Assembly (NCBI GenBank): GCA_028714635.1
Contig: JAQTLZ010000004.1
Coordinates: forward strand, 32,354-96,353
Reading direction: 5' to 3'
Length of the DNA: 64,000 nt
From: Minisyncoccota bacterium
GTDB lineage: Bacteria > Patescibacteriota > Minisyncoccia > Phycocordibacterales > JAQTLZ01
A program made the translations under genes and the position numbers. The notes under the pieces are model-generated. The model had not been told where the DNA came from, made no database searches, and saw only the letters and a program-made list of their open reading frames with translations. Of this stretch, positions 8,629-18,022 are shown one piece after another (within the stretch, counting starts at the first letter, position 1; every line of letters begins with the position of its first letter).

Positions 8629-9849
8629 CTATTTTTCTGCGCCGTCTTTTGAAAAGAGCTTGTTCAAGAAAATTGTCTCAAGACAGAGAAACATATCCCC
8701 ATCTCCGATGCCGTTTCTCTCATAATGCAGAGCAAGCGTCTTGCTTTCGAGGGGCACAACTTTTTTCGCGCCGGTTTTCTCGTCCGCTTTTTCTATTTTT
8801 TTGATGACACTGTTGAAAAGATTTGCGAACGGAGGTTCCGAGATGAGATAAAAGAGCGACGGGACAGCTCTATTCTCGCCGAGGTTGCCGAGAGCAGATT
8901 GGAATGCTTCATTCCATTTTGTTTGCATATCTTTCACGACGCCTTCTATCTTTCCGCCCGTTTTTTCGAATGTTTTGCCATCGAGAAAGAGCGAGAGGGA
9001 TGAAATGGCGACATCTCGAGATACTTCTAACGCTTCAGAAATTTTGCGAAGCGTCTGGTTGTGCCCGACTGGGAAAGAAAATGTTTCCAGAAGCCCTCCT
9101 CCTTTGATGAGCGAGATTTCGGTTGATTCTCCTCCGACATCGACAATGAAAAAATCGTTTTCACCCGGATAAATGTCGCGAAGCACGGAATGGGCAACTC
9201 CTGGGAAAGAATGTATGCCAACGTGCCGAGGGTGGAAAGAATGAAGCACGACATCTTTGACACGATTTAGAAGATGCGAATCAATGAAGCTTGAAAGTAT
9301 GTTTGCTTCCGCGGAAAAGATGATCTGGCCGAACGGTTTTGCTGTCTCGTAGCCGTTTAGTTTTATTTGGATGACCTTTTGTTCCAGGAAGTTTATTCCG
9401 CTTACGTTTTTATTTTGATTTGCTTCGACGGCTTTTTCGTACGATGTTTTTTCGTGCGCGAGCATTTCTTTGAGCAGTCTTTCCGTGAATGTAAAAGGCT
9501 TCTCTTTCTCGATGCGGGCAATTTTTGTCTCTGAAATATACCAAGGAGAAGAAAAGACCAAAAATACTTCTTTTACTTTGTGGTCTTTGAATTCGGTGGC
9601 TGAAAGGTGGGCAATCCCCTCTACTTGAAGCGAGCTTGTGACCTTAGTGAGCGCGGAGAGGGTTTCTGAAACTAATTCTTCTGAACCGGGGCTTTCGTGA
9701 AAAGGAATTTCGAGACGGGCTGTGTAGAGAATTTTAGGCTTGCCGTGGCGGGAAAGCTCCAAAAGGGCTCCGCCGACGCTTCGTGAGCTTATATCAAAGA
9801 GAACTGAAATTTCATGCTCTGGTTTTTTGAAAAGAGACGAGAGGAACAT
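8629..9849 (-). CDS. Actin-like ATPase of the FtsA/PilM/ParM superfamily, most likely FtsA-like.
   Basis: Phosphate-1 motif LFDISSRSVGGAL and phosphate-2 motif FIVDVGGESTEISLIKGGG; length is about 400 aa. Confidence 0.5.
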   Translation of the reverse strand: MFLSSLFKKPEHEISVLFDISSRSVGGALLELSRHGKPKILYTARLEIPFHESPGSEELVSETLSALTKVTSSLQVEGIAHLSATEFKDHKVKEVFLVFSSPWYISETKIARIEKEKPFTFTERLLKEMLAHEKTSYEKAVEANQNKNVSGINFLEQKVIQIKLNGYETAKPFGQIIFSAEANILSSFIDSHLLNRVKDVVLHSFHPRHVGIHSFPGVAHSVLRDIYPGENDFFIVDVGGESTEISLIKGGGLLETFSFPVGHNQTLRKISEALEVSRDVAISSLSLFLDGKTFEKTGGKIEGVVKDMQTKWNEAFQSALGNLGENRAVPSLFYLISEPPFANLFNSVIKKIEKADEKTGAKKVVPLESKTLALHYERNGIGDGDMFLCLETIFLNKLFSKDGAEK

Positions 9850-9892
9850 TCATTAATTGTATCATCTCCTCTAAATCCTTTGAAGTGGAAAG

Positions 9893-11665
9893 CTATTCCA
9901 ATACTGCCTTTATACGACGAACTCCGGCGGAGACGGCTTCTTCTTTTTGGATTTTGAAAGTTCCCTTTAATTCTGATGTGTTAGAGACGTGGGGGCCCCC
10001 GCAGAGCTCCATGCTCACGATTCCGGTTTTCTCATTGCCGATGGAATAGACTTTTACCACTTCTCCATATTTATCTTCAAAAACGCCGATAGCGCCGAGT
10101 TCTTTCGCTTCAATAATTGGCATTTCTCGAAAAGAAACTGGAAGTTCTGCCTTGATCTGCGCATTTATCCATTCTTCCACCTGTTTTTTCTCCTCGTCAG
10201 TCATTTTTGCAGTGTGAATGAAGTCGAATCGAAGCCGGTCGGGAGTGATGTTGCTTCCCTTTTGTTCAACGTGCGCGCCGAGCACTTTTCGTAATGCGGA
10301 ATTCAAAAGGTGCGTTGCTGTATGGTATTGAACTTCTTTATCGGAATGCCCCGCAAGTCCTCCTTTAAATTTCTGTTCTGCGCCTTTGCGAGAAAGTTCT
10401 TGGTGTTCTTTGAATTTTTTATTGAAACCAGCAACATCTACCGTCTTACCTTCTTCTTTTGCAAGCTCGAGCGTTACTTCGAGTGGAAAACCGTGGCTTG
10501 AGAAAAGGTCGAAGGCTTCTTCTCCGGAAATATGTTTTTCAGAGATCTTTTCAAATAATTTCAATCCGCTTGCGAGAGTTTTCCTGAATTTCTGCTCTTC
10601 CTCATCGATTTCTTTTCTTATCAGATCACGTTTTTTTGAAATACTATCATATATGATAGTATATTTTTCTATCACTGTTTCGGCAATCCAAGAAAGCGAA
10701 TCGTGCTTCATCTCTAATTTGTCTGCAAAGCGAACAGCTCGTCGAAGAAGTCGGCGCAAAATATATCCAGCATCTGTATTTGATGGAATGACCCCGTCGC
10801 CGATCATGAAAACAGCAGTACGAATGTGATCAGCAACAATTCTCTTCGCTTTTTCGTCGGCAGAAGTTGTGAACTCATTTATCTTTGCCATTATCGGCTG
10901 AAAAAGATCAGTGGCAAAAACATTTGCTACTCCTTGCGAAACCATACAAAGCCGTTCAAAGCCTCCGCCAAAGTCCACATTTTGTTGTTTGAGTTTTCCA
11001 ACCACAACCCCGTTCTTTTTTTCATAGCCCATGAAGACGTCGTTTCCAATTTCCACAACCTCCTGTTTGTTATCGGCTTCGAGATACTCTTCTTTTGTCA
11101 TTTTACCCAAACCTTTTTTCGTAAGGTCGTAGAAAATTTCGGTGTCGGGTCCGCATGGTCCGTTCTCACCCGCTTGCCACCAATTATTTTTTGCGGGAAG
11201 GAAATAGATGCGATCTTTGGGAATTCCAATTGATTCCCAGATTTCTGCCGATTCTGTATCTTTCGGAGCATTTTCATCACCCTCAAAACAGGTTACGTAG
11301 ATTCGATTTGGATCGAGACCGAGTCCCGCTTCCTTGCTTGTAAAGAATTCGTATGTCCAGGAAATAGCATCTTTTTTAAAATAATCACCGAGTGACCAGT
11401 TGCCAAGCATCTCAAAAAAGGTGTTGTGGGTATTGTCTCCCACCTCATCAATGTCTTGTGTACGGACGCATTTCTGAATATTCGCAAGACGTCTTTGTGT
11501 CGGCATAACTCTGCCAAGAAGAAAAGGCACGAGAGGCTGCATTCCGGCAGTTGTAAAAAGAACAGATGGATCATTTTCTGGCAAAAGCGAAGCCGAAGGC
11601 AAAATCATATGATCCCGCTTCTTAAAAAACTCTAAAAATTTGCTTCGAATTTCTTCGGATTGCAT
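9893..11665 (-). CDS. alaS: Alanine--tRNA ligase, a short form lacking the C-Ala domain.
   Basis: Class II catalytic core, the HxxxH editing motif (HTATHLLNSAL) and CGGPHV. The protein is 590 aa versus about 870 aa typically. Confidence 0.85.
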   Translation of the reverse strand: MQSEEIRSKFLEFFKKRDHMILPSASLLPENDPSVLFTTAGMQPLVPFLLGRVMPTQRRLANIQKCVRTQDIDEVGDNTHNTFFEMLGNWSLGDYFKKDAISWTYEFFTSKEAGLGLDPNRIYVTCFEGDENAPKDTESAEIWESIGIPKDRIYFLPAKNNWWQAGENGPCGPDTEIFYDLTKKGLGKMTKEEYLEADNKQEVVEIGNDVFMGYEKKNGVVVGKLKQQNVDFGGGFERLCMVSQGVANVFATDLFQPIMAKINEFTTSADEKAKRIVADHIRTAVFMIGDGVIPSNTDAGYILRRLLRRAVRFADKLEMKHDSLSWIAETVIEKYTIIYDSISKKRDLIRKEIDEEEQKFRKTLASGLKLFEKISEKHISGEEAFDLFSSHGFPLEVTLELAKEEGKTVDVAGFNKKFKEHQELSRKGAEQKFKGGLAGHSDKEVQYHTATHLLNSALRKVLGAHVEQKGSNITPDRLRFDFIHTAKMTDEEKKQVEEWINAQIKAELPVSFREMPIIEAKELGAIGVFEDKYGEVVKVYSIGNEKTGIVSMELCGGPHVSNTSELKGTFKIQKEEAVSAGVRRIKAVLE

Positions 11666-11797
11666 GAGGATAAATATAGCATAATTCGATCAGTTAAAAA
11701 ATTGAGTTGTCCGAACATGTTGACAAATACTAAATTCGTAGTAATCTATATTTTGGTAGACACTCGAATTTCGCAGTGTCGGATTGGGGAGGAAGTC

Positions 11798-12010
11798 ATG
11801 ATCAATAATTTCGTGCCAAGTCCAGATTGGACAGATGCAGAACGCCTCCAGTTGATCGCTCTTCTGGGGCAGGAGATGAAGGAGGCATCTCAACAAGTCC
11901 TCCTAGCATCGTCAAAGGTGTTTACTTGGGGGGAAAAGCTTGTGTTTCTCGCGACACAGAGCCCAGCCTTTCTTGAGGCTAATCGATCACAGATTTTGGG
12001 GGACGATTAG
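11798..12010 (+). CDS. Small hypothetical protein (70 aa). The start codon is at 11798, preceded by a GGAGG Shine-Dalgarno site.
   Basis: The ORF-track ORF 11660-12010 trimmed to the first ATG with an SD. Its GC content is higher than the backbone. Confidence 0.3.
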   Translation: MINNFVPSPDWTDAERLQLIALLGQEMKEASQQVLLASSKVFTWGEKLVFLATQSPAFLEANRSQILGDD

Positions 12011-12052
12011 CCTGCGGCTCCTACGTGACGCGCCGTTGTTCAACTAACATCT

Positions 12053-12100
12053 AGCTGTTTTGTTCGCCGCCAAGCGAACAAAACAGCTATTTTATTTATA
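12053..12100. terminator. Bidirectional rho-independent terminator between convergent genes.
   Basis: agctgttttgttcgc-cgccaa-gcgaacaaaacagct followed by a T run. Confidence 0.55.
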
Positions 12101-12685
12101 TTTTTTCAGAACTTCGAAATCTTTTTTTAAAGTGTCTTTAAGGTGTTGATTATAGATTGCGGCGGCGGGGTGGTAGAGCGGGATGACTGTGAGGCTACCG
12201 TAGGAGACTTCTACTTCAAAAGTTTTGCCGTGCATCATGCTTATTACTTGTAACTGTGCGCCAAGACCGAATTTTTTCATAATGTATTCCATCGAGAAAC
12301 GCCCCAATGTTGCGATGATTTTCGGCTCAATTATAGTGATTTGACGGTCTAAAAATGGCCCGTAAGCGTCTATTTCTGACGGTAGAGGGTCACGATTGTC
12401 AGTAGGCCTATCCTTGACGATGTTTGTCACATAGACGCCCTTTCGGTCAATCCCGACGCTCGCCAAAAGCTCGTCCAAAATCCTGCCTGATGCTCCGCAA
12501 AAAGGCTTGCCCGTTTTGGCCTCATTCTTTCCTGGCGCTTCGCCGATGAACATTATTTTCGCATAATGATCCCCTTCTCCGATCACAGGGAAAACTTTAT
12601 TTTTCCGGCGCTCATCAGCAAGCGGACTTTCCATTGCGAGAAGCTCGTCTTTAATCCGTTTGAGTTTTACTGTGTGTTCGTCCAT
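12092..12685 (-). CDS. Uracil-DNA glycosylase, family 4.
   Basis: Family 4 signature GEAPGxxE...GxPFxGxxG ... HPAA, present here as GEAPGKNEAKTGKPFCGASGRILDELL...YHPAAAIY. Confidence 0.8.
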   Translation of the reverse strand: MDEHTVKLKRIKDELLAMESPLADERRKNKVFPVIGEGDHYAKIMFIGEAPGKNEAKTGKPFCGASGRILDELLASVGIDRKGVYVTNIVKDRPTDNRDPLPSEIDAYGPFLDRQITIIEPKIIATLGRFSMEYIMKKFGLGAQLQVISMMHGKTFEVEVSYGSLTVIPLYHPAAAIYNQHLKDTLKKDFEVLKKYK

Positions 12686-12978
12686 TAATCTTCATTTCTA
12701 GCGAGGTTGTAGCGAGGTTGAACCTCGCTAAGAGCACCCTCCTTTTTAAGAAGTGCGATTTTTTGCATATCTCCGCGATTATAGTGTCCGGTTTTGCCGT
12801 CGGAACGGATGACTCGGTGGCACGGGATTCTCGGATTGTAGTTGGTTTTGAGGATGGAGCCGACAGCGCGGGAAGCCCGAGGGCTTCCCGCGCGCTCTGC
12901 CACTTCTTTGTACGTCAGAACTTTTCCTTTTGGAATTTTCGCCACTACTGCAAACACTTTTTCCGTAAACGTCTTCAT
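12685..12978 (-). CDS. ogt: Methylated-DNA--protein-cysteine methyltransferase (C-terminal DNA-binding/active-site domain).
   Basis: PCHRV active-site motif. It overlaps the UDG gene by 1 nt (ATGA), so a two-gene repair operon is likely. Confidence 0.75.
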   Translation of the reverse strand: MKTFTEKVFAVVAKIPKGKVLTYKEVAERAGSPRASRAVGSILKTNYNPRIPCHRVIRSDGKTGHYNRGDMQKIALLKKEGALSEVQPRYNLARNED

Positions 12979-12986
12979 TTTAAATG

Positions 12987-13469
12987 CTATTTTATTTCTC
13001 CGCTCTCTTCAGAATATTCGGAACCAGTTTCTTTGATCGCTGTCTCTACTTTCCACAGCACGGTAAAGACAAGGAGAGTAAGGACAGTTGCAAAAATTGA
13101 AAGCAAGTAGAGTTGAAATCCAATAGCAATTCCAATCCCGCAGGCGACCCAAAGTCCTGCCGCCGTGGTAAGTCCTTTCAATTTATCATCTTTGAAAATG
13201 ATGAGGCCCGCGCCGAGAAATCCGATGCCGGTAATGATCGCTCCGGGAATCTGTGTGGGAATGACATCGCCCACTCCAAGCGCTCGGGCATGTATGATCT
13301 CTGAAATGACAACAAAAAGACAAGAACCCATTGCGACAAGAGAAAAGGTCCTCATTCCCGCGCCTTTATGAGAGAGACTTCTTTGAATTCCTAAAATCCC
13401 GCCGAGCACCAGCGCGAGGAGTAGCTGGAAGAACATAACAGTATTTGGATTCGCAAAAAATGTATCCAT
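12987..13469 (-). CDS. MgtC/SapB-family membrane protein.
   Basis: Four to five TM helices with MgtC-like sequence (GIQRS...GMRT...GAIITGIGFLGAG...). Confidence 0.75.
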   Translation of the reverse strand: MDTFFANPNTVMFFQLLLALVLGGILGIQRSLSHKGAGMRTFSLVAMGSCLFVVISEIIHARALGVGDVIPTQIPGAIITGIGFLGAGLIIFKDDKLKGLTTAAGLWVACGIGIAIGFQLYLLSIFATVLTLLVFTVLWKVETAIKETGSEYSEESGEIK

Positions 13470-13528
13470 ATAATTTTAAATTGGATTAATTAATGTGGCT
13501 TTATTTTATCGCACCCGAAACTTTCCCG

Positions 13529-14635
13529 CTAGGAGATGATTGCACCGCCGAGGCAGGTGTTTTTGTCGTATACGACTAGAGATTGCCCCGAAGTGACTGC
13601 TTGAATCGGCTTTTCAAAGCTTACTATGGCCGTTTTTTTGGTTTTTATTTCGACGGTACATTTTTCGAGCGGCTGGCGATAGCGGACTCGGGCGCTGTAC
13701 ACCTTTCTTTTTTGAGGAATTTCAGAGATCCAATTGGTATCTTCAATTTTTACAATGTGAGTGTCTTTGAGGAAATTATTTTCCGGTTTTTTTTCTGAGA
13801 CGGTGAGGACGTTTTTCTTGATATCTTTTTTCACAATGTAGTATGGAGTGTCGTGAGGAGTTTTTTTGGTTATTGTGAACCCATGTCTCTGTCCCAAAGT
13901 GTAGAAAAATGCTCCCTCGTGCTTCCCTATCGTTTTCCCAGATTCATCGAGTACTTTTCCGGGTTTTTCTTTCACAAAATGGCTTAAGAATTCTTTAAGG
14001 TCTACTTTACCGATAAAGCAGAGCCCTTGGCTGTCTTTCTTCGTTGCTGTGTGGAGGTTGAATTTTTCTGCGAGCTTTCGCACTTCCGGTTTCTCGATAT
14101 TTCCTACTGGAAAAAATGTTTTTGAAAGTTCTTTTTGCGTGAGTGTCCAGAGAAAATAGCTTTGATCTTTATTGAAGTCAGAGCCAGCTTTCATTTCAAA
14201 TTTTCCACGTTTTGTTTTCGCAACTTGGGCGTAATGGCCAGTAGCGACATAGTCCGCTCCCATCTTGCGGGCCTTATCAAAAAACGCTCTGAATTTCACA
14301 TGGCGGTTGCACATCACGTCTGGATTAGGGGTTCGTCCCGCTTTGTATTCGCGAATCATGTAATCCACCACTTCTTTTTTGTATTCTTTTTGGAGGTCGA
14401 ATGTGAGAAAAGGAATGCCGAGTCGGGCGCAAATCCGCATTGCGTCCAGGCGTTCTTCTTTCCAGTTGCATGGCAGAAAATCTGCCTGCCAGACTTTGAT
14501 GAAAACCCCGGTTACGTCGTACCCGGCTTTTTTAAGGAGTGCAGCAGAAACAGAGGAGTCTACTCCCCCCGAAAGTCCTACAAAGACCTTTTGTTTGGGG
14601 CTTTTTTGAATCATTTCGAACACAGTATGCCACAA
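13529..14635 (-). CDS. mnmA: tRNA-specific 2-thiouridylase.
   Basis: PP-loop GLSGGVDSSV motif and the conserved MnmA middle and C-terminal regions. Confidence 0.9.
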   Translation of the reverse strand: MWHTVFEMIQKSPKQKVFVGLSGGVDSSVSAALLKKAGYDVTGVFIKVWQADFLPCNWKEERLDAMRICARLGIPFLTFDLQKEYKKEVVDYMIREYKAGRTPNPDVMCNRHVKFRAFFDKARKMGADYVATGHYAQVAKTKRGKFEMKAGSDFNKDQSYFLWTLTQKELSKTFFPVGNIEKPEVRKLAEKFNLHTATKKDSQGLCFIGKVDLKEFLSHFVKEKPGKVLDESGKTIGKHEGAFFYTLGQRHGFTITKKTPHDTPYYIVKKDIKKNVLTVSEKKPENNFLKDTHIVKIEDTNWISEIPQKRKVYSARVRYRQPLEKCTVEIKTKKTAIVSFEKPIQAVTSGQSLVVYDKNTCLGGAIIS

Positions 14636-14718
14636 TTGACAAGCTTTGAGAAATGTATACTATTTTCGTCGAAAGTTGGCGTTTAAATCCTTTGAAACCC
14701 TGTTTAAGGAGTCAGACA

Positions 14719-15450
14719 ATGGCCACAAGTCGTCGACAAGGAATTCTGGTGCCGGATTTTACGGCGCGCCCGGATCGCCCAAGCGGGACAATTCCAGCGA
14801 TTGTCCAACTTGAAGGAAATGGGGTCGTCATTGATCTCATTTACCTGAACCGAAGCAAGTTTTTTGAAATGCTTTGGACTGGAACGGTAAGCGCCTGCAG
14901 AAAGGAACTTCAGGTTGTCGGTGTGCGCATAAACTGCGAGGTGAACTCCCTTTTGGTATCGGTTTCAAGAAAATCGGCCAATGATCGTTCGGTGCTTTGT
15001 ACGGTAGAGCGCGACGAGCTTTTTCCCCACAAAAACGAGCCGAAGTTCAAGGATGGAGATGAGATCAGGCCCGTGATTGTCATGCAGACCTTTCCGGAAG
15101 GAATGGTCTCGATGCTTGGCTCAACGAATAGTCTGGCATTCGAAACAATGCGCGACCTAGGCCAGCTTGTACTTTGGTCGGTCTCGAGGAAAAAACTTTG
15201 GCACAAAGGCGCCGAAGAAAGTGGAAATTATGTTCCCGTGGAGCATGTCTACACACACCCAAGCGGCATGCTTCTCACTTATGTGACGAATTCGGCGGTG
15301 CCAGTCTGTCACACAAATTCCTTGGGATGCTACTCTCGCAGTGTTCTTGTCAGTACGCCTCTCCTTATGGATGTCCCGGAAGATAGGATTCCGAGGCTGA
15401 AAGTTCTTGATAGGAGAATGGCGGCGGTGTCCGAGCTGATCAAATCCTGA
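14719..15450 (+). CDS. Hypothetical protein. It is GC-rich and has a strong AAGGAG Shine-Dalgarno site.
   Basis: ORF trimmed to MATSRRQG..., which is preceded by aaggagtcagacaATG. I recognise no domain. Confidence 0.45.
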   Translation: MATSRRQGILVPDFTARPDRPSGTIPAIVQLEGNGVVIDLIYLNRSKFFEMLWTGTVSACRKELQVVGVRINCEVNSLLVSVSRKSANDRSVLCTVERDELFPHKNEPKFKDGDEIRPVIVMQTFPEGMVSMLGSTNSLAFETMRDLGQLVLWSVSRKKLWHKGAEESGNYVPVEHVYTHPSGMLLTYVTNSAVPVCHTNSLGCYSRSVLVSTPLLMDVPEDRIPRLKVLDRRMAAVSELIKS

Positions 15451-15503
15451 TCTTCTCGATGTTCATTTCACACGAAGACGGTTTTCCGAAAGGAGCCGTT
15501 TTT

Positions 15504-16463
15504 TTAATCCAAATATTTTTTCTTGTTTGCTAAATGTTCCGCATAAGTCGCTGCGTAATGCATCACCCCATCTCTTCCTGAAAGGTAAAAAAGATATTTC
15601 GAAGTTGTCGGATGGATGGCTGCGTCTATTGCATCCAAGCCGGGATTTGAAATTGGCCCCGGTGGAAGACCCGTGTGCAAATAGGTGTTGTAAGGAGAAT
15701 CAAATTTCAGATCTTTGAGCGTTAGTTCAAAGGTGGTTTTGTCTGTCACGTAGGAAAGAGGCGCGTCTACTTGAAGGCGCATTCCGAGTTTCAATCGTTT
15801 CCAAAGAACTCCAGCGACCATTTTTCTGTCTTCGCTTGTGAGCGCTTCTTCCTCAAGAATGGACGCCATTGTTATCGCATCTTTAAATGTTCTGCCTGAA
15901 ATAAGAACATCCGCTTTCAAAACCCCCGTCTTTTTTTCGAAATTTTCAGAAAGCGTTTTTATAATATTTTCCGTGGTGATATTTATCGGGAAAAAATAGG
16001 TGTCGGGGAAAAGGTACCCTTCATCTTTTGTAGTAAGCTTCAAAAATTCATTTTTACTGAAATGAAAGTACTCTGCGGGCATTAAATTCGCAATTTGGAG
16101 GGTGTTGAGCCCTTCAGGGATGGTAACGCGTTTCAAAGGAAACCCAAAATCTCCGGCACTCACTCTTTTTGCTATTGAGAAAACAGAGAGTGGTTTCGTG
16201 AAGACGTATTCTCCGGAGATAACTGCTTTTTCATGATTGAGAAGGATGACGAAGTTATCAAAGAGGAATGATGAGCGGATAATCCCCTTCTCTTTCAAAA
16301 ATGAACCGACTTCCTTTAAGGAACTGCCGGATTCGATCATCACTATTTTGTTGGAAGGAAAGCCCGAAGGAGGCAAGGAGAGAAAATAAAAAGCGACTAA
16401 CAAGACGCACCCTGCGATGATGAGGAGAGCTTTTCTTTTCAAAAGGTATTTGGGAAAGCGCAT
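15504..16463 (-). CDS. mltG: Endolytic murein transglycosylase (YceG family).
   Basis: N-terminal TM helix and the conserved YceG C-terminus (...LQVDAPLSYV...YNTYLHTGLPPGPISNPG...). Confidence 0.85.
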   Translation of the reverse strand: MRFPKYLLKRKALLIIAGCVLLVAFYFLSLPPSGFPSNKIVMIESGSSLKEVGSFLKEKGIIRSSFLFDNFVILLNHEKAVISGEYVFTKPLSVFSIAKRVSAGDFGFPLKRVTIPEGLNTLQIANLMPAEYFHFSKNEFLKLTTKDEGYLFPDTYFFPINITTENIIKTLSENFEKKTGVLKADVLISGRTFKDAITMASILEEEALTSEDRKMVAGVLWKRLKLGMRLQVDAPLSYVTDKTTFELTLKDLKFDSPYNTYLHTGLPPGPISNPGLDAIDAAIHPTTSKYLFYLSGRDGVMHYAATYAEHLANKKKYLD

Positions 16464-16470
16464 AGAAGAA

Positions 16471-16569
16471 GGGTAAAGGGTTTAGGGTACAGGGTACAGG
16501 GTAGAAAATACTGTGCTGAGAAAGTTTTGATTTTTATTCTCAACCCCATACCCTCCACCCTGTCCCCTA
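16471..16569. repeat. G-rich / C-rich GGGTNNN-heptad inverted repeat, copy 2 of 2. It sits about 7 nt 5' of the mltG start.
   Basis: gggtaaagggtttagggtacagggtacagggtag ... ccccataccctccaccctgtcccct. Confidence 0.6.
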
Positions 16570-17919
16570 TTATGTTGGCAAATTCGAAGGAGGTTCCACT
16601 TTCTTTGAAGGAATTCTGGTGAATGATGGCGTTGTCGCGGCTTCTCCTGGGAAGTGATAAATGGAAGCGAGGCTTTCTGCATTCATGATAAAGCCGGCTT
16701 CCCGGAAATGATGATAGGGACCTTGGAAGAAGGAGCGTTTCTTGTACGCATCAAGCATCTGCTTTTCCATTCTGTTTCTTCGGATTCTTCGGAAGTCTTG
16801 CCAAGGATAATCGAAATCAGTAAACCAAGCCAATTTTATTTCATTTAATTCTTTCGAATTAAATTGGTTGAAGATTCCAATGATACCCGTGTTCGATATT
16901 GGATTGTAGGCCTCGGCTTTTGCGATGTAAAAAGCGCGGATAGTTGTCTCGAAAGGATATTTAGAAATATTGCGTTCGATCGCAGTAATCGCATTTTTAT
17001 CTCCCTCGCTCATAACTGGATGAATTGGGAATCCGGTATCTGAAACTACGTCTGGTCCCTTGGTTTCCGGATCGCGCTTCATGATCTTATTTACTTCCGC
17101 TTTCCCGGCATCAGACCAGAACGGCTGTTTGTAGAGAAATCCCTCTTTGAGGCCTTGTTTTCTATGGCATTGGAAGAGAACTTGAATCCAAACCGTTTCG
17201 CCTTTTTTCATCGAGCCTAAATATTCAAGAAGCGGAGTCATTGGCTCGATCTTGTATTCCTCTTTTGGATTTTCATGCATGCGAAAATCCATGTATGTTT
17301 TTATCGGATAGATACTTGGCTTCGCGAGATTATAATACGTTCCCCAGATAGGAAGATTCACGGGATCGTGTTCAACTTTATGGACGTAGTCGTCTTCGGG
17401 CTTCACGTCCAAAATTTCAATATTCGGATATTGGCCGTAGAGCTGGTGAACAAGAAGCTCCTTGAATTTTTTGAATGTCCACATGTAGAAGCGAATATTC
17501 CCGTCTTCTGAAACAATTTCGAAAGAAAACCAGGGCTTCACTTTTCCTTTCCAATAAGTTTCAAGATAGGTCGCACTTCCCTTTTGCCATAATGATGTGA
17601 GGACAAGCTCCATTGCTTCGGGAGATTTCACTAGCTCTTTTGGCAACTTAATTTCTATGAGCGCCGAACCCTGCCCCATAAGAAACATTGCGCGCCTCCA
17701 GTGGAGCCAGATATGCATAAATTGCGGAAGAAGAACCAAAGGAAGCCAGATCGGCGAGGTTTCAAAGATAACGGAAATTGTTTTTTCGAGGGCTCCAGGA
17801 AATTGAGCGAGGATAACCAGTGCAACAACGGCGAAAACTCCCACCATGAAATTTTGGAATGGCAGAAGTCCTTTATTGCTCAAATCAAAGATCGCCGGTT
17901 TTTTGGAGCCTGATGACAT
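16570..17919 (-). CDS. Hypothetical membrane protein.
   Basis: 449 aa with two N-terminal TM helices followed by a long soluble domain; I recognise no motif. Confidence 0.55.
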   Translation of the reverse strand: MSSGSKKPAIFDLSNKGLLPFQNFMVGVFAVVALVILAQFPGALEKTISVIFETSPIWLPLVLLPQFMHIWLHWRRAMFLMGQGSALIEIKLPKELVKSPEAMELVLTSLWQKGSATYLETYWKGKVKPWFSFEIVSEDGNIRFYMWTFKKFKELLVHQLYGQYPNIEILDVKPEDDYVHKVEHDPVNLPIWGTYYNLAKPSIYPIKTYMDFRMHENPKEEYKIEPMTPLLEYLGSMKKGETVWIQVLFQCHRKQGLKEGFLYKQPFWSDAGKAEVNKIMKRDPETKGPDVVSDTGFPIHPVMSEGDKNAITAIERNISKYPFETTIRAFYIAKAEAYNPISNTGIIGIFNQFNSKELNEIKLAWFTDFDYPWQDFRRIRRNRMEKQMLDAYKKRSFFQGPYHHFREAGFIMNAESLASIYHFPGEAATTPSFTRIPSKKVEPPSNLPT

Positions 17920-17984
17920 TTGGTTCCTTATATTCTATCGCATAGAAATATGTTTTTCCATCTACAAAAGGTGGATACGGGGAA

Positions 17985-18022
17985 AACAAAAAACTGCCTT
18001 GCCGGCAGTTTTTTGTTTTTAT
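17985..18022. terminator. Hairpin with a T run.
   Basis: aactgcc-ttgcc-ggcagtt followed by ttttgttttt. Confidence 0.5.

Noticed and set aside
16482-16682. 66-aa minus-strand ORF.
   Set aside because: It runs through the G-rich/C-rich repeat and into the neighbouring gene. It is explained by the repeat, not by coding.
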